DNA of 64,000 bases from a virus, in IMG/VR virus record IMGVR_UViG_3300022562_002256, positions 32,001-96,000 of that record; one strand, 5' to 3'. Position numbers and translations under genes: made by a program. Each line of letters opens with the position of its first letter. Position 1 is the first letter of the stretch. Below are positions 1-7,951 of this stretch, piece by piece. The notes beneath the pieces were generated by a model. The model ran no database searches, was not told the DNA's origin, and saw only the letters and a list, made by a program, of their open reading frames with translations.

Positions 1-47
1 CGTGGACGGGGTTCCACGTGGCCTCTGTCCACTCGATCGTGCTGTTG

Positions 48-509
48 TCACCCATCGCTGCAGCCGCCCCCTCGCCTTGCTTCATCCACAATCTTGCGCG
101 CCGCCTCCAGGATTGTGGTAACTCGCATTCCCGGCCAAGCTGTACGAAGAGGACACTCTGGCGGGTTCAGCGACGGGATGTCCCCGAGCTGGATCGACCG
201 TTCCTTTCCCGTTGTGGTGTCGGTGTACTTGTATGACGCAAAACGGATGAGCGCGAAGTCAACGTGGAGAAAAAACAGGGGCGTGCCAGCGCTGAGGATG
301 GCGGACGCGTCGCGCTCACGTGCCGCCGACGCCAGGAAGTGCGCAGACACCAGCGCCACGGCGACATCGGCCCGTCGTTCTACGTCGGTGATGATATCTA
401 CCGGGATGTCGCTGCCTTGCACTACATCAGCGACCGCGCGGCTCACGACCGCCGCCACGTCGCTGTCCTGTTCCGCCCAACACATGAGGACCCTACGCCT
501 GGTGGTCAA
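48..509 (-). CDS. TIR-like domain protein
   Basis: RRVLMCWAEQD resembles the TIR strand A motif (vFiSYa.eD); VAVALVSAHFLAS resembles lvS..fl.S; PLFFLHV resembles the last strand. TTG start with AAGGAG RBS. Confidence 0.6.
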   Translation of the reverse strand: MTTRRRVLMCWAEQDSDVAAVVSRAVADVVQGSDIPVDIITDVERRADVAVALVSAHFLASAARERDASAILSAGTPLFFLHVDFALIRFASYKYTDTTTGKERSIQLGDIPSLNPPECPLRTAWPGMRVTTILEAARKIVDEARRGGGCSDG

Positions 510-529
510 GATTTGTGCTCCTTCCGTAG

Positions 530-651
530 TGGACGCGGCGGGATTCGAACCCGCAATAGCCTCTGTTCAGTTACGCGATGGTGAGTCGCGCAGCCGGAGG
601 CACCGCGGTTTCTAGCCGCAGCGGCTTTGCCCTTCTAGCCATCTCACGCCC
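530..651 (-). tRNA. Atypical tRNA, anticodon AGA (Ser), 48-nt variable arm
   Basis: Acceptor GGGCGTG/CGCGTCC; D stem GGCT/AGCC; anticodon arm TGCGG-CTAGAAA-CCGCG; T arm GCGGG-TTCGAAT-CCCGC; A73; no encoded CCA. Confidence 0.7.
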
Positions 652-661
652 GTTTCGCACC

Positions 662-878
662 TCATGCATCATTCGTGCCAACGGACTCAGTGGCATCATC
701 GGGTGGAGCGCAGTCCAACACAAGGCTCGTTCCTGTCTCGCTCAGGTGCTCGACCACCGCGGTCATTGCCTCGCTGGCAACCACCGCCCACCGATCGTCG
801 GCGGTGCGGCACGCGAGCTCGATGCACGGCGCCCAGGATGGCGTCACCGATGGGGCCGTAGTAGTTCGTGGCAGTCAT
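662..878 (-). pseudogene. Small gene with apparent +1 frameshift near 824
   Basis: ATG overlaps the upstream stop; the GC3-rich frame switches after GCC GTG; removing one base gives MTATNYYGPIGDAILGAVIELACRTADDRW... Confidence 0.45.
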
Positions 879-1462
879 GGCGCACCAGCCTTGAAGAATT
901 GGGGGAGCGCGGCTCGGTCAGCGCCGGTCAGCGTGGGTGGTCCCCCGATCGCCTCAGCGATTCGCCGTTCGATCTCGACTCGCTCGGGTGCGTCATGTGG
1001 AACGCCTGCGCTGATTAGCCCACGCTGCAGGTCGAGCAGGACTTGCGCCTCCTCGCCGTAAAGGGGCCTTGCAGATTCCCATGCGTCCGGGCAAACCCCG
1101 GCGTCACGCAGGATGCGCCTGGCACGCACGCGCAGTGCGTCGCACACACACCGCGTCTTTTCTGCGCGTGTCAGCGCGAAGTCGGAGGTGTGGTTGTGGT
1201 CCTCGGCGAGGTCGGGCTGATGGACGAACTCGAGCAGCCGCTTGTCCTCAAGAAGCGACTCAGCGGCGTGGCACATCCCGATGTGCGTCCACGATCGTTC
1301 GCCCAACACCCCCGTCAGGTCGCCCCGGTCGAGTGCTCGTAGTGCCGTCGCTGGCACCGACGCCCCGCTGTCGGCGTCCTGCCACCACAGCGCCCCATCG
1401 ATGCGACGTAGCACCCACCCCGTCGCCCGAAGGTACTGCTCAACGATTGCTCGATGGATCAT
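875..1462 (-). CDS. Hypothetical protein
   Basis: 195-aa ORF with GC3 bias, coupled to both neighbours. Confidence 0.65.
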   Translation of the reverse strand: MIHRAIVEQYLRATGWVLRRIDGALWWQDADSGASVPATALRALDRGDLTGVLGERSWTHIGMCHAAESLLEDKRLLEFVHQPDLAEDHNHTSDFALTRAEKTRCVCDALRVRARRILRDAGVCPDAWESARPLYGEEAQVLLDLQRGLISAGVPHDAPERVEIERRIAEAIGGPPTLTGADRAALPQFFKAGAP

Positions 1463-2216
1463 GACTTCCTAGCCCGGTTCGCTGCTGCACGTCCTGTGCC
1501 ATACGGTCGCCACGTCGGTCTGCCTCAGCGCGCAGTTCGACCAACAGCGCATCGAGCGCTTCGAAGGCGTCGAACCCGTGGTAGTCGGCGATCGATTCAC
1601 GATCGATTCGCAAGTCATCGGCGTGCGACGAGATCATCGCCCTTACCGCCCGCACTTGCGGGCCGGTTAGGTCAGACCACTTGAAAGGTCGATGGTCTGC
1701 GCGCACCACCACGTACTCGTCGGGGTAGGCGGCGGCAAGCTCACGGTGCTTGCGCTCCTGCCCCTCTGCTGTTTCCGACTGGCTCATCGCCGTCATCCGT
1801 TGGTGTTGTTGGTTCGGGCGGTTTGGGGTCTCAGCCCGGGATTTGGCCATCCCATCGGCGTGGTCCGTAAGGATCGAAATGTAACGCAACGGGACATCTG
1901 CCTGGGTCAGCGATGGCGGGGAGTCCACGGCGTCGCTGTAGCGCGCGCAGGCGTCGATCAGGGAGGCGTAGGCGTCGTGGGCGGTGGGCTCGCGGTCGGT
2001 GGCGCACCACGCGAGCGCGGCGTCGACGACCGGCCGCATTCTCGCGATTTGCTGGTTCAAATACAGCTTGTCGCCCTCAAGCCCAGCGCGCTCCTCGGCT
2101 TGCGCTTCCTTGAGGCGCACGATCTCGGCATGGAGGTTGTCGGCCCGCCCGGTCTCGGCAGCGAGCTGCCCACGGAGCCGCTCGAGTTCTGCGCGCTGAT
2201 CGGCGTCCTGGGTCAT
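1440..2216 (-). CDS. Hypothetical protein with N-terminal coiled coil
   Basis: 258-aa ORF; heptad-like segment RAELERLRGQLAAE..LHAEIVRLKE. Confidence 0.65.
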   Translation of the reverse strand: MTQDADQRAELERLRGQLAAETGRADNLHAEIVRLKEAQAEERAGLEGDKLYLNQQIARMRPVVDAALAWCATDREPTAHDAYASLIDACARYSDAVDSPPSLTQADVPLRYISILTDHADGMAKSRAETPNRPNQQHQRMTAMSQSETAEGQERKHRELAAAYPDEYVVVRADHRPFKWSDLTGPQVRAVRAMISSHADDLRIDRESIADYHGFDAFEALDALLVELRAEADRRGDRMAQDVQQRTGLGSHDPSSNR

Positions 2217-2566
2217 GATTCGCCTCCACCCGCCGAGTCGGTGCGCCTCGTCTTGCCGTGTCGCGCAGCATACTTCACAATCGCGGACACCGCTTGACGG
2301 GACACCCCCAGCGCTCGAGCTGCGGCGGAAAACGAGCCATGCTCATCCACGGCGGCGAGGACCTCACCCTGACGCGTCGTCAACCCAGCGGGCGGTCGAC
2401 CACCACGGCGTCGTGGGAGTGCCGGGTCGCGCCGCAACGCTGCCGTGCGGCCACGGCAGCGGCCACAACGAGCGAGGGGCTCGCGCGGGTCGACATCGCC
2501 CCCGCACGTGCCGCACTTACCGGCGGCTCGACGCCGGGCATAGGAGGAGGCTGGCTCACTTGCCAT
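2213..2566 (-). CDS. Zn-finger plus LysR-like HTH DNA-binding protein
   Basis: CGTCGG..CGRCRG, then LTTRQGEVLAAVDEHGSFSAAARALGVSRQAVS; GGAGG RBS. Confidence 0.75.
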   Translation of the reverse strand: MASEPASSYARRRAAGKCGTCGGDVDPREPLARCGRCRGRTAALRRDPALPRRRGGRPPAGLTTRQGEVLAAVDEHGSFSAAARALGVSRQAVSAIVKYAARHGKTRRTDSAGGGES

Positions 2567-2966
2567 CGGGAGCCTCCTCTTCGCCATCCCCCGTGTCATC
2601 GGCGGTGTCTGTCGCGGGAGTCACCGGCAGGCCAACAACCAGGCTATCGAGTCCACCCAGGGCGTCGGCGAGCACGCTACATGCGAGCGCTGCAGCAGCT
2701 CGGCGCCCGACCAAGCTCGCTTGGTCGGCTTGCACCGAGGCCAGGCGGAGGCGCCGTGCATCGACAATCGCGACGGCCTTGCGAATCGCACCGTTGATCT
2801 TGTCGGCGGTGTTGCCCACCAGCCTCGTCTCGATGCGGCGGAACAGCCCCGCCGTGCCGGGAAGGCCCAAGTCGAGAGCCTCCTCCATGGCGTCGGTTAC
2901 AATCATCTTGGCCAGGGCCAACCGGCCCTGGGCCTCCTTCTGCGCCTGTGTTAATTTCGTCTTCAT
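2556..2966 (-). CDS. Hypothetical helical protein
   Basis: MKTKLTQAQKEAQ...; coupled to the HTH gene. Confidence 0.55.
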   Translation of the reverse strand: MKTKLTQAQKEAQGRLALAKMIVTDAMEEALDLGLPGTAGLFRRIETRLVGNTADKINGAIRKAVAIVDARRLRLASVQADQASLVGRRAAAALACSVLADALGGLDSLVVGLPVTPATDTADDTGDGEEEAPDGK

Positions 2967-3117
2967 TCGTTGTCTCGCCTTCATCTTGGCAATATGGGCA
3001 CACGCCAGACCCACCGCAGGTCCCACACTCGTCGTCTCCGTCATCCCCAGACCCACCACAATCGGGGCATGCCCCCGAGTCGTCGCAGTCGGGGCAGTAG
3101 TCGGATGTGCTATCCAT
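2677..3117 (-). CDS. DnaJ-type CxxCxGxG Zn-finger protein (3' part overlaps the next gene and is doubtful)
   Basis: CPDCDDSGACPDCGGSG..ECGTCGGSGVCPYC in the first 45 aa. Confidence 0.45.
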   Translation of the reverse strand: MDSTSDYCPDCDDSGACPDCGGSGDDGDDECGTCGGSGVCPYCQDEGETTNEDEINTGAEGGPGPVGPGQDDCNRRHGGGSRLGPSRHGGAVPPHRDEAGGQHRRQDQRCDSQGRRDCRCTAPPPGLGASRPSELGRAPSCCSARM

Positions 3118-3532
3118 CGGCGGTCACTCCCCGCCCGTTCTTGAGAAGCACCAGGCGCGTACCTCCGCCGCGGTCGCCGACATGGATGCCACCGCCCCAG
3201 CCCCCCCAGCGGCGTGGCAGCAAGCGACCGGGTACGCGGCGCAGCACGCCGGGACGGTTCCGGTACGCGCCAGCGAACGGCTCGCGATGCCCTTCCGCTG
3301 GCCAGAGCCTGGCGCGCCACAGCCACCAAGGGTCGACCCTGAAGGGCACCCGCAGCCGGCCCGACGAGTCGATGCGCACCACTCCGAGGCGCGCCGCTGC
3401 GTTTACGACGGCTTCAACGATGCGTCCCACCTGTCGGAGATCGTTCCAAGGGGCCATTGCGTCCTCCGCGTCCCCTGTCAACATAATCACGCACTGGGCG
3501 TTGTCGAGCAGGCGCCCGCTCCCGGTGCGCAA
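3110..3532 (-). CDS. Hypothetical protein
   Basis: 140-aa ORF in the co-directional operon. Confidence 0.5.
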   Translation of the reverse strand: MRTGSGRLLDNAQCVIMLTGDAEDAMAPWNDLRQVGRIVEAVVNAAARLGVVRIDSSGRLRVPFRVDPWWLWRARLWPAEGHREPFAGAYRNRPGVLRRVPGRLLPRRWGGWGGGIHVGDRGGGTRLVLLKNGRGVTADG

Positions 3533-3547
3533 GGTTGCGCCACGCCC

Positions 3548-3766
3548 TCACTCGGATGGGGGGGGCTGCGCTCCGAGAAACTGCGCGACGCCCGTGCCGA
3601 ACCGGATGAACTGTTGAGGGTCGCAGTGGTGTAGAAATGTCGGCGGGGCATCGCCAGAAAACGGAAAGTCGCCGTCGTGCCACACGTAGGCGTCGAAGCA
3701 GTCACCTATCGGGACCACGATGCACTTGCCGCAGTACCCGCCCATCTGTGGGTACCACGTCGCCAT
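3548..3766 (-). CDS. Hypothetical protein
   Basis: 72 aa with natural composition (YCGKC, WHDGDFPF). Confidence 0.55.
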   Translation of the reverse strand: MATWYPQMGGYCGKCIVVPIGDCFDAYVWHDGDFPFSGDAPPTFLHHCDPQQFIRFGTGVAQFLGAQPPPSE

Positions 3767-3886
3767 GCCGATGTCCCCACAGACGGCAGGGTGATTCGCG
3801 CGCCCGATGAACCCTCCTCAGCGGAAGGAGGGCCGATGTTGCGGTTGTCCATGAACCGCCCGCGCAGCAACAATCATGCCAGCGCG

Positions 3887-4163
3887 TCAGGAGTAGGGCG
3901 ACTTGCCGCTCCCGTTCCCAGACCCCCTCGCCGATTCCAAGTCCCAACCCGTGGCCTGAAGCCTGCCCGTCCCCCACCCCTGTCCCCAAACGGCTCCCAT
4001 GACCAGATGCGTGCCCCACTCCCCACCCGCCCCCGTACCCATCGCCTCGCCCATCACCGATGCCGCGGCCGTCGCTGTGGCCGTCGAATCGCTCTGACAC
4101 CGAGAGAGCGGGGATGCCAGAGCCCGCTCCGGAGCCCGCCCCTTGGCAGATCAAGGGGCCCAT
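3887..4163 (-). pseudogene. Gly-rich (GxGxG) phage protein with +1 shift in a G5 run
   Basis: GDGRGIGDGRGDGYGGG...GIGEG; with one G fewer at 3923-3927 it continues SGNGSGKSPYS-stop. Confidence 0.55.
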
Positions 4164-4289
4164 GACGACGCGGCGCGGAGGTTGGATTCGGCGGCTCGAG
4201 TGCACCGGATGGTCGCGCACGGGTCGTACAGGTCAATCCACGGTACCGGAGCGGTTACCTCGCTGCCTTCGCCGCACGCCGCGTGCGGC

Positions 4290-4577
4290 CTACGCTCGCA
4301 CGTAGCGGTCTCGGATCGCGGCGGGCGGCTCGGTTCGGTTGCGTACACGGTCATGGTCGACGGGGCGGTCGATGTCCTCGGCGAAGATGCGGAGTTCCTC
4401 GGCCTGTTCTCGAGTGGCCAGTGCGTCCCGGCGGGTAAGCCTTGCATACGCCTCCGCGAACCGCCGCACGTCGGCGCGTGGGACACCGCGCGAGCGTGAC
4501 ACTTGTTCGATGTCGTCGTGGCTCATGGGCCCATCCTGCTCAATCCGGTCGGTGATGATTTTTGATGTCGGGATCAT
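4290..4577 (-). CDS. Hypothetical protein
   Basis: 95-aa ORF with GC3 bias. Confidence 0.5.
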   Translation of the reverse strand: MIPTSKIITDRIEQDGPMSHDDIEQVSRSRGVPRADVRRFAEAYARLTRRDALATREQAEELRIFAEDIDRPVDHDRVRNRTEPPAAIRDRYVRA

Positions 4578-4601
4578 GGGTGGCTCCGGTGGTGGCCTTG
4601 G

Positions 4602-4937
4602 TCAAGGGGCGATGAAGCACTTGGGCGTGTTGGTGAGGGCGTGGTGGAGGCTCGCAGAGGCGCCCTCGTCGCACACGACGACGTGACCCAGCAGAGCCCC
4701 GTCGACGTCGCGCAGCCACGCCTGTTTGGTGTTGCCGCCGTCACGCCATTCGTCACGGCTGACACCGAGCATCGCGAGGCACTTGAGCAGGTCACCCACG
4801 CCACCAACCGTGACGCTCGATGAGTAGAAGTCGATATGTCCGATCAGTCCGCTTATGTGGCGGGGAAAAATCACACCGACCCCGCACTTTCTCGCTGCGT
4901 CGTCGGCCAGATCCATGACATGCTTGTGTGTCGTCAT
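4602..4937 (-). CDS. Hypothetical protein
   Basis: 111-aa ORF with GAGG RBS. Confidence 0.6.
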   Translation of the reverse strand: MTTHKHVMDLADDAARKCGVGVIFPRHISGLIGHIDFYSSSVTVGGVGDLLKCLAMLGVSRDEWRDGGNTKQAWLRDVDGALLGHVVVCDEGASASLHHALTNTPKCFIAP

Positions 4938-4943
4938 CGCAAC

Positions 4944-5141
4944 CTACCTCACGGACTCGACGAATGACAGCGCCACACCACCACGCGTCGGCTTGGTGAT
5001 CGTGATCGTTCCGCCCGTCGTGGCACTCGCAAAGTCGGCTGCTTCCCGCCGCGCCTCGTCAATTGAGTGGCCGCCGTCGTACTCGCCGTCCACGTTGCGC
5101 CCGCCAGCCTTGCATCCTGAAAGTTTGATGATGTACGTCAT
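4944..5141 (-). CDS. Hypothetical protein
   Basis: MTYIIKLSGCKAGG..., ATG 13 nt after a -24/-12 motif. Confidence 0.6.
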   Translation of the reverse strand: MTYIIKLSGCKAGGRNVDGEYDGGHSIDEARREAADFASATTGGTITITKPTRGGVALSFVESVR

Positions 5142-5154
5142 GCCCAAGCCTATC

Positions 5155-5170
5155 TGCACGCACCGTGCCA
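5155..5170 (-). promoter_or_regulatory. sigma54-type -24/-12 promoter
   Basis: TGGCACGGTGCGTGCA (GG-N10-GC); ATG 13 nt downstream. Confidence 0.75.
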
Positions 5171-5269
5171 TCGCGGGCGACGTGTGTGCGCGGGGGTCGA
5201 CATGGCGAGTTTCGGCCCAGTTGCCGCTCGACGCGTGGTGCGCTCGACCCCGGCTGGTCAGCCCATCAC

Positions 5270-5365
5270 CACCAAGCGCGTAAGGCCGTGCGCGCTTGGT
5301 GCGTAGCGTCTTGCCAAAACCGCGCACAACTTTACGCGCCTACGTGGATCGACATAGATCCACGT
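5270..5365. repeat. Two inverted repeats between divergent promoters
   Basis: CACCAAGCGCG-N10-CGCGCTTGGTG (5270-5301) and ACGTGGATC-N6-GATCCACGT (5342-5365). Confidence 0.8.
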
Positions 5366-5424
5366 CGGTGCGTTTTCCGGCCGCCGCATGCCATCGGGCG
5401 GCGCCGCCTTGTGTTCGGTCGCCG

Positions 5425-5440
5425 TGGCACGGTGCGTGCA
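5425..5440 (+). promoter_or_regulatory. sigma54-type -24/-12 promoter
   Basis: TGGCACGGTGCGTGCA; ATG 13 nt downstream at 5454. Confidence 0.75.
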
Positions 5441-5453
5441 AGTGGCATCTGGC

Positions 5454-5786
5454 ATGCGAACCAAGTCATCTACCCCCAAATCCGTCGCTCCCGCCTTTCC
5501 GTCCGTCGACGCGCTGTGCGCCGTGCTAAAGCGCATGTTTCTCGGAGCAGCCCTCGAACGTGTGGCGGCCCGGCGTGAGCTCGACTCGATCATCGACGCG
5601 GCCACCGTGGGCGAGCGCGCCCTGGTGGAGGCAATCCAAACGGCCTATGCACAGGGCATCATCGATGGCTCGACTGCGCGGGCACCGGAGGAACCTCGCC
5701 CGGGCAGCAAGGTGATTGGGGCCACTGCGCCGACGCCCCCGACTCCGCCCCGCCGTGTCAGCGGTACGACCCGCGTGTTGGCATAG
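5454..5786 (+). CDS. Hypothetical protein
   Basis: 110 aa, MRTKSSTPK..., directly after the promoter. Confidence 0.6.
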   Translation: MRTKSSTPKSVAPAFPSVDALCAVLKRMFLGAALERVAARRELDSIIDAATVGERALVEAIQTAYAQGIIDGSTARAPEEPRPGSKVIGATAPTPPTPPRRVSGTTRVLA

Positions 5787-5933
5787 TACGTGCATGCACA
5801 TGGGGGGTCGTGTCAACTAGTCACCCACGGCAGGAGGATACCATGTAGCGAATAGCACCGACTCGTTACGCACGCCGGGGCGCGCCAGCGTCCGGCTCGT
5901 GCCTTCATCGCCGGGGCGTGCTATCGTCGCCCC

Positions 5934-7001
5934 ATGGCCAACTTTGTACGTCTGCGCCCTCCTCTCGGGTGGGTATTCGCGAGCACAGTCTCGCCGGCCG
6001 AGTTTGAGGAGTTCGACGACATCCGTCCGAAGCTCATCAACGCCGCCGACGGGAGCACGCACGCGTGCTCATCACAAATCATCCTTGGCGGCGCTGGGCT
6101 GTGGGTGTCGGGCCCCTCGCGGCTGGACGACATCACAGAGGCTGCACTCGACCCCGCGGGGGGCACATTCACCGTGTCACCCGGGGCGACGCTGACAGTC
6201 GCCGGCGGGGCCGCTGACAGCGGCGAGATCCTGGTTACGGACGGCGTTTTCCCCGGCCTGATTACCTTGGAGCAGAACACCGTGCTCACCGCCAAAGGGG
6301 GAGCCACAATCCATGTGGATGTGTCGGCGATCGAGGTGGTAGATGGCGTGCTTCAGGTCGCGAACGGTGGGATCCTCTCGGTATCGCTTGGCGGCACGGT
6401 CATCATCAACAACGGCGCGACCCTGAATTCGGTCGGCACCACCGTGTTCTCCAGCAGCACATGGCCACAGCTCTCTCCGGCGCGCCCGTGGAATCGCCGG
6501 AGCCTAACGATCGCGGCATGCACCGGAACCGACCAGACCATGACGGCCCCCAACGGGAGCACCACGCCGGATGCATGGAAGATCATCCGTTTGGGCAACA
6601 TCGACCAGATTTTCGCGACCAGCACCGACAACCCGGGTGCCAACATGATCATCGAGTTCGCCGACCTGCCACATGGTGCGACGATGGCGCAGGTGGACAT
6701 CACGTGCATTGGCTCATCTCCCGGAACGGGCGGAATGACGTTCCCGTCCTACCAGATCATCCGGTGGACCGGCACTGTGGTGCAAACGATGTCGGCCATA
6801 ATACCGGACAGCCACGTGTTGGCGGACTGGAACGTGTCGGAGCTCACCACGGCCGTGCCGGTCACCTCGCTCGGAACGATCGATCGCACCTATCGATACG
6901 GGTTGCGCGTGTATCTCGCCCATCACTCGCCCCCGGCGGGGCAGGCATACTACACAGATTGCAAGGCCAGCGGTACAGCCGGGTCTATCCAGGTTGGATA
7001 G
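5934..7001 (+). CDS. Putative virion structural or tail-fibre-like protein
   Basis: 355 aa, rich in G/T/V/S beta-strand-like segments (GATLTVAGG, GGTVIINNGATLN); extended -10 TGCTATCGT 6 nt before ATG. Confidence 0.5.
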   Translation: MANFVRLRPPLGWVFASTVSPAEFEEFDDIRPKLINAADGSTHACSSQIILGGAGLWVSGPSRLDDITEAALDPAGGTFTVSPGATLTVAGGAADSGEILVTDGVFPGLITLEQNTVLTAKGGATIHVDVSAIEVVDGVLQVANGGILSVSLGGTVIINNGATLNSVGTTVFSSSTWPQLSPARPWNRRSLTIAACTGTDQTMTAPNGSTTPDAWKIIRLGNIDQIFATSTDNPGANMIIEFADLPHGATMAQVDITCIGSSPGTGGMTFPSYQIIRWTGTVVQTMSAIIPDSHVLADWNVSELTTAVPVTSLGTIDRTYRYGLRVYLAHHSPPAGQAYYTDCKASGTAGSIQVG

Positions 7002-7002
7002 A

Positions 7003-7323
7003 CTACGGCGCGCACGGGGGAGGCCCCCCGTCGTAGTACACAACGCCCCCGTCGGCGAAGTGGCACGCCGCGGCATGGATGTAGTACACGCCACATATTG
7101 GGTCGCACAGGTCACGCGTGCAGTCGTCGCCATCATCGGGATCGATGAGGACGTGTGCTGTCTCGCCGGTGAGCGGGTCACATGAGTCTTCGGTGCAGGC
7201 GTCACCATCGTCGACGATGGCCGGGTCGCACAGCTCAGGCCCGCCGTCGTTTCCGCCAACGACGATCACACCATCACCGCATGCGGCAACGAGCACCAAA
7301 AAAAGAAAAAGTCTGGCCCTCAT
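7003..7323 (-). CDS. Cys-rich lipoprotein of myxobacterial type
   Basis: Signal peptide with lipobox LVAAC; two repeats DDGDACTEDSCDP and DDGDDCTRDLCDP. Confidence 0.75.
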   Translation of the reverse strand: MRARLFLFLVLVAACGDGVIVVGGNDGGPELCDPAIVDDGDACTEDSCDPLTGETAHVLIDPDDGDDCTRDLCDPICGVYYIHAAACHFADGGVVYYDGGPPPCAP

Positions 7324-7334
7324 ATGTCCTCTCC

Positions 7335-7580
7335 TCAGTTCGGCAACCCGCAGTCGGGGAGCGGTGGGGCGGGGGTGAGCCCGCAGTCAAGGTCGGGGCC
7401 ACCGTCCACAGCGCCGCCGCCGGATCCTCCGGCGCCCCCAGTCCCGCCGTCACCGCCCTCCGCGCTCGGTGCGGCGCCACTGCCGCCAGCCCCTCCGTCG
7501 GGCGCCACCCCGCCGCCGCACCCGGCCATGACCATCAGTATGCCGGCGCTGGCCATAATCAAGAGTCGATTGCTACTCAT
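7335..7580 (-). CDS. Gly-rich lipoprotein
   Basis: MSSNRLLIMASAGILMVMAGC lipobox; GGAGGSG linkers; DCGL repeated twice. Confidence 0.7.
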   Translation of the reverse strand: MSSNRLLIMASAGILMVMAGCGGGVAPDGGAGGSGAAPSAEGGDGGTGGAGGSGGGAVDGGPDLDCGLTPAPPLPDCGLPN

Positions 7581-7731
7581 GCCGCCAATTTGCGCACGGC
7601 ACCGGCGAAGTGCAACCATGACACACCGCGACATGGCGCGACAAGTGCCCTGGAACATGTTGCGCCTGGGTGGCACGCCCACATTTCTCCATGTCGCGAA
7701 ATCGACACTGATGGCGCGCGAGGCCGCGCCG

Positions 7732-7875
7732 TCAGTCGGCGAGAGCGCGCCAGAAAAGGTAGGCGCCGCCGCCCACCGTGCCGAGAAACACCGCAAGCAC
7801 AACCAGTATGCGCATGACGGCGACGACGGTGGAGAAAGTAGGGTGCGAGTTCGGGGAACGGGCGGGGTCAAGCAT
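7732..7875 (-). CDS. 47-aa single-pass membrane peptide (not in ORF track)
   Basis: AAGGAG RBS; MLDPARSPNSHPTFSTVVAVMRILVVLAVFLGTVGGGAYLFWRALAD. Confidence 0.5.
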   Translation of the reverse strand: MLDPARSPNSHPTFSTVVAVMRILVVLAVFLGTVGGGAYLFWRALAD

Positions 7876-7951
7876 GGGGGCTCCTTGGTGCGCGTTGATG
7901 ATAACACCGCCTCAGCTTGACACCACTCCCCGCGGTGCTACATGGCGCACC

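Noticed and set aside
609-615. Reading the tRNA loop CTAGAAA as an amber suppressor (CUA) or Leu (UAG) anticodon
   Set aside because: The stem fixes a 7-nt loop with U33 at the second position, giving AGA; the other registers break the stem.
3812-3832. Hairpin CCCTCCT-N7-AGGAGGG as a terminator
   Set aside because: There is no U-tract on either strand.
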